Assembly: GCA_043228905.1 (NCBI GenBank)
Contig: JBHGNT010000002.1
Coordinates: 8,308,001-8,372,000 of the forward strand
Length of the DNA: 64,000 bases
Source of the DNA: Azolla caroliniana
Lineage: Eukaryota; Plantae; Polypodiophyta
Direction of reading: 5' to 3'
This document shows positions 17,372 through 30,262 of this stretch, piece by piece. The notes beneath the pieces were generated by a model. The model saw only the letters and a program-made list of their open reading frames with translations, made no database searches and was not told the origin of the DNA. A program made the translations under genes and the position numbers. Position 1 is the first letter of the stretch. Each line of letters starts with the position of its first letter.

Positions 17372-18137
17372 TGTTGAGAAACAAGCTCAACATCGGCCGG
17401 ATCGGTTGAGCAAGCCGAGGACTAGATCAGTTCTAGGACCGATCGGCGAGGCCGGACCGGTGCGTAAACCGGGTGCGTAAACCGTTGCACAACGAGAAGC
17501 CGTAGCGGTGTGTAAACCGCGAGGCCGTTGGAAAGATATTCAACGTAGGAATATATTTTGGGAGTTAGTGTAGAGCTCATTTATGAGCATTGAAGTACGT
17601 GTTAGTACTTCTGTCAGTCCGTATGGACTTACATAAAAGTGCTCACTGAGCACATCCTATGTACAGATTGAGTATTTGTTACCGGCCGACAAAGGAGTCA
17701 AGAGTGTGAAACGGGGAGTTATTTAATTAGTAGGAATGGTTGTAAGTAAGCTATGAGTGTGGACGGACGGACCGGAAACGGTATGCCGTTCCGGATCCGG
17801 ACCGATCCCGAACAGGTGCGAATGGCACTGTTTTGTAATACAGACCGGAAACCTATTTAAAGGCTCGGATACAATGTAATGAACAACGGTTAATTAATAA
17901 AGCTCAGTGTTATCTCTCTATGTTAATTGCCGTTCTGCATTCATTGTTATATCTTACGCGTGTGATTATTAAAGACGATCATGCTAAGTAACCTAATTAA
18001 GTCGAATTAATTGTTGAGTCTAATCCTGTTGCCATAACACCCCTTTGGTGAAGTGTCTTCCGTAGACACCCTGTGTTAGGCCATTGTCTGGCCCTAAGAG
18101 TTAACAATATTATTTTGAATTGATTTTCTGTGTGTCT

Positions 18138-18171
<34 letters not shown>

Positions 18172-21100
18172 CTGCGTACTATGTATATTCAAGCTCTCCA
18201 TTAAACCTGCGTATTGTCTGTGTTTGGTTTTCTACTTGCTTCCGCATACTATTCTTTACATGGTATTAGAGTGCAAGGGTTGAGAACCTCTGCAGCCGAC
18301 ATAGCTTGAAAGGAAAACCAACCAAGAAGAACAGGTAAAACCGATGGATAGAGGCATGGCTAGCTCGCTTCCGACAGAGAAGCTCGACAGAAACAACTAC
18401 GCGTCTTGGTCCTACAAGATGCACTAGTACCTGCTTGGGCACAGTTACTGGAGCTATGTCGACGGAGCAAATGATACAGTACCCGAAATGACACACAGAG
18501 ATTTCCCGGCGTGGGAACAGTCGGCGAACAGAGTACTGTACTGCTTCGCGTCTTGTGTCGGTGAACAACTCCTAAGCTAAATTCGGGATGCAGAAACACT
18601 GAAAGATGCTTGGGGAAATCTGAAGAAGATTTTCGCCGCAAGCACTACAGCCAGGAAGCTTCAACTGTGACAGGAGCTGAGCAACCTACGACAATGCGAC
18701 TTGTCGGTAGCAGACTACACCTCCAAAATCAAGGACATTTGCAGCTCTCTGGCCTCCATCGATGTGAATATCAAACAAGCCGATATGGTGCAAATCTGTC
18801 TCAGAGGTTTGGCGTCAAAATTCTGAGCGTTCCGAACTGCTGTGTGTACACAGGAGAATACACCGTCCTTTTTCGACCTACAATCGATGCTCCTTATAGA
18901 ATAGAACCACGCGGGTGCGTCAACGAGCACGCACATCGACAACAGGATGTTGTACACGGAGGGAGATAGGTCCTGTGGACGTGTCGGACGAGGCGAGTCG
19001 GTGCGCAATGGAGGCGGCCGACGGGAGCAAGGAAGAAGGCACCGAAGTGATGCCGATAGCAACTCCGGACCCTCCGGAAAGAGGGGGAGTCGAGGTGATG
19101 AGAACCGGAAAGGGAAATCCACCATGGAATGCTGTTATTGTGGCAAGAAAGGCCACAGGGATAGCGAGTGCTGGAAAAACGGCTCCGATTCGGAGAAAAC
19201 TGGGTCTGGATCAGGTTCTGGAAAATTTGGAAGAGGGTCAACCTTCGTGACGAGACACGAAGCAAACTCGATGAAGAAGATCACCCCAAAGTCGGACGAG
19301 GTGTGGTACGTCAACTCCGGCGCGTCAAACCACATGACATGCCCCAAGGAGTGGTTCTCATACCTGGAAAAACCGATGCAACCGGGAGTAGTCACAACCA
19401 GAGATGACACTCCGCATCCAATCGCGAATGTCGGTGAAGTTCCCTTGAACCATGTCGGGCAGAAAGGGAAACTCATGAACGTGTTACACGTTCCAACAAT
19501 CACGAAGAACCTGGTGTCGGTCAGACAGATCGTCGACTAGGGGATGCAGGTTCGGTTCACGCATCTCGGGTGCTTCATCGAGGAAGAAGGCCGAGTTATT
19601 GCGCAAGGGCGCAGAGATGGGAGGATGTTTATCCTCAACTCTAGTGACAATGGCACCGCAATGTTCGCGAAAGGACAAAAAGTCGAGTCGGATATCGACT
19701 TATGGCACAAGCGGACAGGCCACGTCAACTATCAACGACTTGAGGACCTCCAATCGAAATAGGTGGTGTTCGGATTGCCCAAATTTAGTGGCTGGAAGGC
19801 ACGAATTTGTGAAGCATGCCAGCTAGGGAAGCAACACCGACTTCCTTTCCCTAACGAGCGTAACCGGAGCCGGAACAAGCTCGACTTGATACATTCCAAT
19901 GTATGGGGGCTGACACAAAACGTTAGTCTTGGCGGTAGTCGATATTTCGTCTCCTTCATCGATGACTATACACGACATGCGTGGATCTACCTCATTGAGA
20001 AGAAGAGTGAAGTCTTTGACTGTTTCCAGGACCTCAAGAGTTTCATCGAAAGGGAAATAGGAAGAAAGATCAAGTGCCTGCGATCGGATGGTGGAAAAGA
20101 GTACTTTTCCGGTCAATTCAACGGGTATCTACAATAGATGGGAATTTGACGCGAATTCAGTTGCAGATATACGCCAGAGCAAAACGGCGCGGCCGAAAGG
20201 AAAAATCAGTCGGTTGTGGAAGCGGCACGAGCAATGGTGGAGGAGAAGAGCTTGCCCAGGTTCTACTAGGCCAAAGCGATTCGGACCGCGAACTACATCC
20301 AGAACCGGATCGGAGTAAAAGTGTCGGCGCATGAGCTATACTTCGAAACGAAGCCGAATTTGCGACACTTAAGAGTTTTCGGTAGCATTGCATATGTGCA
20401 TGTACCAAAGGGGAAGGGGAGGAAGCTGGACGCGAAAGCCGAGAAGTGTATCTTGGTCGGCTATTCAGACGAGCAGAAGGGTTATAAATGTTATAACCCT
20501 CGCACCAAACAAGTGCGTGTAAGCCGCGACATTGTGTTTGACGAGTCCGCGTCTTGGTACTTGCCTCCGACTCCAGACCTCACCTCCAATCCAAGTTCAG
20601 ACGATGAGGTCAGCGAGACCGAGATGCCTCCGGATGAGCCTGAAATTGGGACCCACGAAGAGAGTCCAATTTCGTTTTGGTTAAGCGGACCGAATGGACG
20701 ACTGAGTTGGTTCGACCAGTCCGATGAACAACCGGCAAGTAGTGGAGACTCGGCCGTGCATTCTCCGCACAGGAAGCCGAGGAGACGGCTTACGGACAAG
20801 GAAAAAGGGAAGGAGAAGGTGTCGGATTACGGCATGGATAGGAACGAGTCGGATCGACGCCTTGAGTCCGACTCCGAGGGAAGTGATGACGGGTCTTCAA
20901 AAGTGAAGTCCGCGTCGGCTAAGAAAGCCTCAACATCGGCTAATGAACAATTACGCCGATCTACCCGCCAAAAGAATCCTGTTGTGTGGTTCGGATACAA
21001 CGAGTACATGGCGCATCACTATGCGTACATGACCCATGTAGCGGAAGTGCGTGAGCCGGAGAGCTACGCAGAAGTGGCGAAGAACGCGAATTGGCGTGCC

Positions 21101-22860
21101 ACAATGGAGGAAGAGATGTGCGCATTGGCTGAAAATGAAACCTGGGACCTAGTTGACGCACCGAAAGGTATGAAACCGATCGGATGTAGGTGGGTGTGCA
21201 AGGTCAAATACAACACTGACGGCTCGGTCAACCGATACAAGGCCCGGTTAGTAGCGAAAGGTTACGCGCAACAACATGGCATTGACTACGATGAGACGTT
21301 TGCACCGGTCGCGAAGATGACGACCGTCCGTGTTTTGCTCGTGGTAGCTGCGGCAAAGGGGTGGCACTTACATCAGATGGATGTAAAGATTTCATTCTTG
21401 CAAGGTGAGCTTGAGGAACAGGTGTACATGGTACAACCCCCCAGATTTCACTCCGGAACGAACACTTCGGCGGTGTGCCGATTGAAGAAGTCCCTTTACG
21501 GACTAAAGCAAGCCCTGCATGCCTGGAGAGCGAAGATCACGCAACAACTACGTCGGATGGGCTTTGTGATGTCGAAATCAGACTCACTGTTCATCCGGAA
21601 AGGTTGACTCGGGCCGGTTAGTATTTTACTTTATGTTGATACTTGGTCATCACCGGCGCCGACCTAAGTGAAATCGACCGCGTGAAGCTTCAACTTGTGA
21701 CATCATTCAACATGAAGGTTCTGGGGGACCTTCGTTACTTCCTCAGGATTGAAGTGATCCGCACTCCCGAAGGCATTCTGATCAGCCAACGACATTACGT
21801 GCTGAGTATGCTCTTCAAATTCGGGATGGCCGACTGTAAGTCCGTCTGGACTCCTCTAGATAGAACAGTCAAGCTTCGCCCCGATTCCGGAAAGGTATGT
21901 GACCCGATGAGGTTCCGACAGATAGTCGGAAACCTCATATACTTGACAATCACCCGACCCGACCTCACTTAGCCGGTCGGGGTGATTAGTTAGTTCATGG
22001 CGTGATCGACTAAGGGGCACGTTTAGTGTGCGCAACGCGTACTTTAGTACGTCAGCGGCACTAAGGACCGGGGGCTACTATATTGGACCGGTACAACCGT
22101 GCAGTTGGTCGGCTACACCGATGCTGATTGGGCCGGCAAGGCCACCGATCGCCAATCCATGTCTGGATACACGTTCTCTCTTGGGAATGCCGCGATCGCA
22201 TGGAGTAGCAAGAAGCAGCCAATAGTTGCACTGTGGAGCACCAAAGCCGAGTATAGAGGAGTGTCTGTCGCGACATGTGAAGCCATATTGTTGAAGCAAC
22301 TACTAAAGGATCTACAGGTTGATGTATCCGATCCAACGACAATCTACTGCGACAACCTCAGCAGCATCCAGCTAGCAAAGAACCCTGTCTTCGACGCCCG
22401 GACTAAGCACATTGATGTGCACTACCATTTTGTCTATGAGCGTGTTCTCTTCGGTGAAGTCGAACTTCAATATGTTACGACGGATCGGCAGGCTGCCGAC
22501 ATCTTCACCAAGCCTCTTGGTCTGGACAAGTCGCAAAAATTCTTGGGTGCGCTTGGGGTGCGTCACCTCAACATGCCGAACTTGAGGGGGAGAGATGTCC
22601 CGAATGACCACACGAGGGGGAGAGACGTCCCAAAGAGGAGAGAAGCTCCGAAAGACTACGAAGCCGAACCGAATTGGCTGAAGAAGCCGAGGGTGGATCC
22701 GCGGAAGATTCCGAAAGCGGATAGAAGGGGAGCAGTCGAAAGAAAGAGCCTAAGCCAACCAAGTGTGGGGGAGACGAAGCCATCAAGGGTGAGAAGACCG
22801 AAGACGAGTTGGAGACAGCCAACTCAGACGAGAGCGAAAACCGATCGGAGGAAGCCGAAT
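17372..22860 (+). mobile_element. Ty1/copia family A element A2 (5' LTR 17372-18260, PBS 18261-18271, gag-PR-INT-RT-RH pseudogene; 3' end deleted)
   Basis: LTR TGTTGAG...TTTACA and PBS TGGTATTAGAG. Motifs: CCYCGKKGHRDSEC, WYVNSGASNHM, FVSFIDDY, YKARLVAKGY, YTDADWAG. Many premature stops. Confidence 0.92.
17677..18106 (+). mobile_element. Solo LTR (430 bp) inserted in the A2 5' LTR
   Basis: TGTTA...TAACA ends and TSD GTATT/ATATT. Removing it restores the sequence seen in the family A LTRs at 46685 and 56292. Confidence 0.85.
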
Positions 22861-25800
22861 CTTTCATTTTCCATGAAAGATCTTGGACCAGCTAAAAAGA
22901 TCCTAGGGATGCACATAATTCAAGATAGAAGTAAGAAAGTGTTGTGGTTGTCACAAGAGAAATACGTGACTAAGATCCTATAAAGATTCAACTTCTCAGA
23001 AGCAAAGCCGATCGGCTCTGTGTTGCTGACTAACTGCAAGTTAAGTGCAAACCAATGCCCGAGAGGGGAGAAAGAAAAGGCTGAGATGAGGAAAGTACCA
23101 TATGCATTACTTGTCGGCAGTTTAATGTACACTATGGTCTTTATGAGACCAGAAATAACATTTGTTGTGGGAATAGTAAGCCGATACATGAGTAATCCAG
23201 GACGAGAACACTGGGCATCGGTGAAATGGATACTAAGGTACATAAAAGGCACCTCGAGTGTGTGTCTTGGTGTCGGAAAACCCATGCTTGAAGGGTTTAC
23301 CGACTTAGACATGTCAGGGGATGTGGACTCAAGCTGATCCACGTTAGGGTACGTGATGACCTATGCCGGGGGAGCAATGTCGTGGCAGTCACGATTGTAG
23401 AAGTCTGTGGCCTTGTCGTACACAAAGGCAGAGTACATGGTAGCAGTAGAGCCCGGTAAGGAGTTGATTTGGATGAGAAACTTTCTCAGCGAGTTGGGGA
23501 TGAAGCAAAAGGATTTCTTGCTTCATTGGGACAGCTAGAGTACCATACATCTAGCCAAGAATGTTGCATACCACTCCCGGACCAAGCACATATAGAGAAG
23601 GTATCACTGGTTGTGGGAGAAAGTTGAAGGAGAGTTTACCCTCATGAAGATCCATACCGACGACAATGGATCCGACATGCTGAGAAAGAACCTACCGATG
23701 GACCGACTTAGAGTCTGTCGATAAAGGACAAGAATAATGGATTCCTCCCCAGAGGAGTGAAGGGGGAGTTTGTTAGGAATATGTCCCTCCAGTGGGAGGA
23801 GCCGACTGCTCAGAGAGAGCCGACAATCGAAGACAGGGAGCAACCAACTGATTGAATGAGAGCTGACTGTTGAGGAGTCGACTCAGAGAGAGTTGATCGA
23901 GGTCGAAGACATGACCGGCTAGTTGGGCCGACCCGACAGTCGATGAATGAGTCGGCTGATTAGTAAGACTATTAGTATTATTATTGGATAATAATAATGG
24001 CCACATTTGTAAATAGCCCATACAGGGTATAAGTATAAATACACTTAGGGAAAGTAGTAGATAATGAATGTGAGAATAGTGCGTGAGCCTCTGTGTTGTA
24101 GCTAACGATAGAGAAGAGTGAGAACGAGAAGAGAGACTGAGCGAGCGACGCCATAACTGTGTTCTGTAACAACATACGCCAAGAGCCCTGCACGATTGAT
24201 ACACTTAGTGTAGAGAGTGTTGTACTCTAATCTCTTCATTGTATATCCACTGTATAGTGAAGCTCTGTTCTCCGTGGTTTTCTTCCACTTTAGGGTTTCC
24301 ATGTAAAATCTGTGTACACTATTTTTCTATGTTTTCGAACTGTGTATTTCAGTGCATTCCTTCTTGTGGATTGACGATCTGTTTCTCGACAGAGGCCCAA
24401 ATCGGAGTCCCCAGAACCAAGACAAATCGGGGATGAGGTCGAAATCAAGGAGGAGACCCACGCCTTCTACTATGGGAAGCGGGGACATTTCCAGAAGAAT
24501 TGCCGACAGTTTCGAAAGCCAAAGGGGGAGCTGACATTTCAGAATCAAAGAATATCTCAGAAAGAAAAGGAATGTCAACAATTGTGACAAGTGAAGAGGA
24601 ACTGTTGCTAATCACTAAGGGGAGTGAGCTGCATCATGTTAGCGACGAAACAACATGAGTTGTCGACTCTAGTGTGTCATTCCAACAAAGCCACGACCGG
24701 AAGTGTTTCTCATCTTACAGAGCCGAAGATCACGGTTGTGTCCAGATGGGAAATGAAGGAGCATGTCGAATTGTTGGCATAGGTGATCTGTGTTTGACTA
24801 CATTAATCGGGCGGAAACTGTTGTTGAAAGATGTCCGACACATTCCGGAGGTTCAGTTGAACCTGATATCAATCAGTCAGCTGGATGATGAGGGCTACAC
24901 TAGTAGCATCCGGAACGGAGTAATGAAGTTTTGCAAAGGGACCCTGATCGTGGCTCGAGCCCGGAAGATCAACACATTGTACCTGTTGCATGCTCGGATA
25001 TGCCGGGAAGAAGTGAACATGGTATCCGACACTACTGGTGAGCTATGGCACAAGAGGTTGTGCCACATGAGCTTGAAGGGGATGCGGAGACTTGCCGAGG
25101 ATAACCTCATTCTGAAGGTGAAAGATGTGTAACTTGAGAAGTGCACCGACTGTTTGTTCGGCAAGCACAACCGAACCTCTTTCCAAACTTGACCACCGAC
25201 AAGACGGAAAGAACTATTGGATCTTGTACATACAGATGTATGCCAAGTGGACATGAAGTCACATGCCGGATCGTAGTACTTTGTGACATTCATAGATGAC
25301 CACAACTGGAAGCTGTGGGTCTCACCGCTGAAGACGAAGGACCAGGTACTATCTGTCCTCGAGGAATTCCACATGAGAGTGGAAAGAGAAACCGACCAGA
25401 CGCTCAAGGCAGTTCAGGCCGACAACGGTGGAGAGTATCGGGGGCAGTTTGAGGAATTTTGCCGATCAAAAGGGATCCGGATTGAATTCACCATGCAAAA
25501 GTCACCAAAACTAAACGGATTGGCCGAAAGCATGAACCAGTCTATGATGGAGAGAGTTAGGAGCATGCTGACACATTTTAAGTTTTCCAAGATGTTTAGG
25601 GCTGAGGCACTAGTGACAGTGATGAACGTGATAAATAGAGACACACCTTAGAGAGTATGGACCAGTATTTGGCCGTCTCGCCTACGTTCATGTTGCAAAG
25701 GACCAGAGAGCAAAATTGGATTCAAAGTCTCGACCATGCATATTCCTTGGATACAATGATGATAAGTTCGGCTATCGAGTGTGGAACTTGGTCGACAAGA

Positions 25801-26659
25801 AGGTGTTCCGGAGTCGAGACATAGTCTTCATGGAAGAAAAGACCATTACTGATTGGGAGTCGTAGAAGAAGATAGTGGACTCTAGGTTGACCGACAAAGA
25901 TAGGTCGAAAGATACAAGAACCCATCTGGCCGGAAGCCGGATGACACTTGAAGAACCATCTGGAGTCAGACAAGAAACCGAGCCAACCGAAGAAGAAGAA
26001 TTGGACATCGGAACTTGACAAGAACCCGAATTGAATTCGGATGAAGAACAAATGGAGGAACCGGCGGTCGAAAACCAGGGACAAAGATATCCTCTAAGAG
26101 AGAGAAAGACCCCCCCCCCCCCCCTTGGGAATTTTTGGATGAAGAGCGAGTACTACTAATTGACGAGGGGGAGCCAGAAAACTTCAAAGAAGCAAAGAAA
26201 GACACCCATAGCCACAAGTGGTTAAGTGTCATGTAGGATGAGATGGATTCCCTACATGAGAACCACACATATGAATTGACAGAGTTGCCGAAAGCAAAGA
26301 GAGTGCTCCAGAACAAGTGGCTGTACAAGTTAAAATCGGGAGGATGCCGGAAATCCACCAAGATTCAAAGCCCGGATCGTGGTGAAGGGGTTTCAAAGAT
26401 ATGGCTTACAAGAACAATCAAGCGATAAAAACAAAGAAGGAGCTGATGCGGCAGATATAAGAGCTGCAAGAAAATATGGTTGAACTACAACTCCAACTAC
26501 AAAACGCCACATCCACGGCCCCCACAGAAGGTTCTTGCACAGAGGACATCCACGCATTATGTGAGGAGGTAGAGGTGGAACAAGTGATAACGGCCAAGGC
26601 GAAGAAAACAGTTGCGTTGGCAAAAACAGAGCTCAAGCAGGTGGGTTACAAGGTCGGAT

Positions 26660-27335
26660 CGGATACATGTGGGTGTACAAGGTCAAGTACAATGCTGACG
26701 GCTCCGCCAACCAATACAAGGCCCGCTTGGTTGCCAAGGGCTACAAGCAGAAACATGGCATCGATTATGATGAGACCTTCCTGTCGGTCGCGAAGATGAC
26801 AACTGTCTGTGTATTGCTAGTGGTAGCAGCGGCAAAGGGGTGGCACTTACATCAGATGGATGTAAAGAACGCATTCCTACGAGGCGATCTTGAGGAACAA
26901 GTGTACATGGTACAACCCTCTGGATTTCTATCCAAAAGAAACACCTCGGTAGTTTGCCGACTAAAGAAGTTGTTTTATGAACTTAAGCAAGCCCAGTGCG
27001 CCTGGAACACAAAGATCACGCATCGACTGCGTAAGATGGGATTTTCTCCATCAAAATTAGACTCTTCATTGTTCATTTGAACGAGTCGAACCAGACTGAT
27101 TAACATTCTACTATATGTCGATGATCTAGTCATCGCCGATGCCAACCTTGGAGAAATTGGCCGAATCAAGTCTCAGCTTTCGGCAACATTTGAAATGAAG
27201 GAGCTTGGGACCTTCATTACCTCCTCGGAATCAAAGTGATCCGAACCCCCAAAGGCATATTGATCGGCCAACACCATCAGGTGTTGAATATGCTTTTCAA
27301 GTTTGAGATGGTGGATTGTAAGTCCGTCTCAACCG
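26660..27335 (+). mobile_element. Ty1/copia family A RT fragment
   Basis: WVYKVKYNADGS, HQMDVKNAFL, LLYVDDLV. Confidence 0.88.
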
Positions 27336-27339
27336 AAAA

Positions 27340-30262
27340 GCACGGGCCATGATGAACGAAAAGCACGTGCCGATGATGAACGAAAAGCACGTGCCGAAGT
27401 CGTATTGGGCAGAAGCGGCTAACACGGCCGTATACCTCATGAATCGGTGTACAACATCCAACGTGCATGACCTCATGCTACACGAGAAGTTTTTCAGAAA
27501 GAAGCCGGACCTATCGCATGTCCGAATACTCGGCTCCATTGTGTGTGTGCACATCCCCGACGAAAAGTGACAAAAGCTCGACCCAAAATCGGAGAAATGT
27601 ATCCTCATCCGATACTCACTGGAGCAAAAGGGGTACAAGTGCTATAACCCCTTGACTCGAAAAGTTCGCATAAGTCGAGATGTCATTTTTGACGAGTCCG
27701 CATCTTGGTATGCACTAGAGACTGCTTTGACTCTGATTCCGCTTGACCCGGAATCTGCCGAACAAGAGATAGAGGATGAAGATTGCCTTACATGCATGTT
27801 CGAAGAAAGTCCAATTCCGACCCGACTGAGCGGACCACAAGAGCCTTTGAGGGATCAAAGCACATCTCGACCAAGTCCAAAGTTGGACAAAGGGAAGGCC
27901 AAAATGCCGGAGTATGAAGACGCTCATTTCGATGGCAATGAATCGACTCACTCCCTCAATAGTGAGTTTGAAGGCCTTGACATCAGGACAAATGGAGTGA
28001 AGAAAGCCTTAGAATCCGCAAATGAGAAGCTACGCCGATCCACCCGTGAAAAGAACCCCGTAAGCCGCTTTGGCTATGATGAGTATATGGCATACCATTA
28101 CGCCTTTATGATGAAGGTCGCAACAGTACGGGAGTCGGAAACCTTTTCCGAAGCCGCGAAGGACCCGCGATGGATCAAAGCAATGAACGAGGAGATGTGT
28201 GCACTATGCAAGAACGGCACATGGGATATCCTTCCCCACACATTGCACAGGAAGGCGATCAGATGTAGATGGATCTACAAGGTGAAGTATAATGCCGACG
28301 GCTCCGTCAACCGCTACAAAGCTTGACTTGTAGCGAAAGGATACGCACAAACACATGGCGTCGACTACGAAGAGACCTTTGCCCCGGTGGCAAAGATGAC
28401 GACGGTGGGGACCGTGATCGCACTTGCAGTGGCAAAAGAGTGGCACTTCCACCAAATGGACATCAAGAACGCCTTTCTTCAAGGTGAATTAGACAAGGAG
28501 GTGTAGATGGTACAACCACCCGGCTTCGAATCGCGCATTCATCCAAAATTTGTATGCCAACTCAAGAAGCCTCTCTACGGACTCAAGCAAGCACCGCGTG
28601 CTTGGCATTCGAAGATTACGCAATATCTTCATCAAATCGGCTTTCGAATGTCGAAACCCAACAACTCCCTTTACGTACGAAACGACTCTAGAAGCTTAAT
28701 TGTCATCATCCTATACGTGGATGATCTGGTCATTGGAGGTGAAAGTCTAGTCGACATCAACAAGGTCAAGTCCCTCCTCTCCGGAAAATTCGAGATGACG
28801 GACATGAAGGAGCTCCATTACTTCCTTGGTATCGAAGTAATTCGGATTCCGGCTGACATTATGATCTCTCAACGGCACTACATTCTCAACTTGTTATACA
28901 AGTTCCGGATGACTGAGTGCAAATCGGTCGCAACGCCTCTCGATCGAAACCTCAAACTAGATACTGACTCCGGCACAAACGAGTGTGAGCCGACCCAATA
29001 TCATCAACTGATCAGGAGCCTCATCTATCTCACAATCACTCGACCCGACCTTAGCTATCCAGTCGGACTCCTTAGCCAATTCATGCAAAAACCATGCGCC
29101 ATTCACTTGGATTGCGCTAAGCGAGTATTACGATACGTGAGCGACACAATGGATTACGGCGTTCTCTACGCCTTGGCCACACCAATATGACTCGAAGGGT
29201 ACACAAACATGGATTGGGTAGGCTACAAAGCTGATCGATGATCGACCTCCGGATTTGTCTTCTCGCTTGGTAGTGGAGCAATATCTTGGAGTAGTAAGAA
29301 GCAGGCTACCATCGCACTTTCGAGTACGGAGGCTGAATACAAGGGTGCATCCGTAGCTGCATGTGAAGCCGTATGGCTCAAGAAGATTTTGAAGGATCTG
29401 GGCGTCCCCATCAAGGATTCGACTCCCATTTACTGCTACAATATGAGCAGTATATATCTGGCTCGGAACCCGGTGTTCCACGCGTGCACAAAGCACATCG
29501 AAGTGCACTATCACTTCATTCGAGAGCGTGTACAGGCCGGAGATGTTGACCTTCAACACATCAACACGAATCTTCAGAAGGCCGACATCTTCACCAAAGC
29601 CTTAGGAGCTGACAAGCTTCAACAATTCATGTCAGACCTTGGATTGACGATCCCTGACTTGCCAAGCTTGAGGGGGAGTACAAGCGAGAATCGGATACCG
29701 TCCGAACCGGGTACGAGCCGAAGCGGACACCGGAGATCGTCTGAACCGGATACCAACCGAAGCGGACATCAATCGAAAGGAGCCAACCCGAGTTGAGCTT
29801 GAGGGGGCGTGTTGAGAATCAAGCTCAACATAGTGCAACATGTGAACACACTTTTTAGAATCCATGATTACTCAAAGGTCAAGAGTCACACCACTACTCT
29901 CTAGACATTAACTATGTGTCACGGAATCATATTCTATGACACATAACTAATGAGTTACATATTCCCCATGACTATGAGTCTTCACATTCCTCAAGAGAGA
30001 GAGTAGTGGTTGTAGTTAGTTAATGAAGAGAGAGGGTGACTATATATAAAGCACCCTCCTCACACTTCATACCAAGTCGGTTGTGACTCCTTATTATGCT
30101 ACATTTTGTAATTCTTATTCTACTTGTGAAATATACGCCTTCTTCTTGAGTATTCCTTTTTCTACCTATCTTGTGTTCTCTCATCTCTCCTCTAATTCCT
30201 CTCACACATACACATAACACACATCTCTTCTGCTACACAAGAATCATACCGGATTCTTTACA
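27340..30262 (+). mobile_element. Ty1/copia family C (related to A), 5'-truncated: INT C-half, RT, RNase H, PPT, 3' LTR 29810-30262
   Basis: [60 protein letters not shown]...TTTACA matches 36383-36846. Confidence 0.92.

Larger units (their letters stand above)
16860..24391 (+). mobile_element. Ty1/copia family B element B2; 5' LTR 16860-17371 (interrupted), RT/RNase H 22861-23760, PPT, 3' LTR 23771-24391
   Basis: Both LTRs start TGTTAGGAATATGTCCCTCC. PPT GAAGGGGGAG. TSD GAGAC (16855-16859) / GAGGC (24392-24396). Confidence 0.88.
16188..26396 (+). mobile_element. Ty1/copia family B element B1 (PBS, gag, PR, INT, RT start), interrupted in gag by element B2 (16860-24391)
   Basis: PBS TGGTATCAGAG at 16188. 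Gag MFKLTGSNY... to 16859 resumes at 24392 with a zinc-knuckle remnant, VVDS protease, LWHKRLCHMS integrase and RT start. Degenerate. Confidence 0.85.

Noticed and set aside
22099-22983. 294-aa ORF as a novel protein
   Set aside because: It is copia RNase H plus the A tail, fused by a deletion to family B RT.
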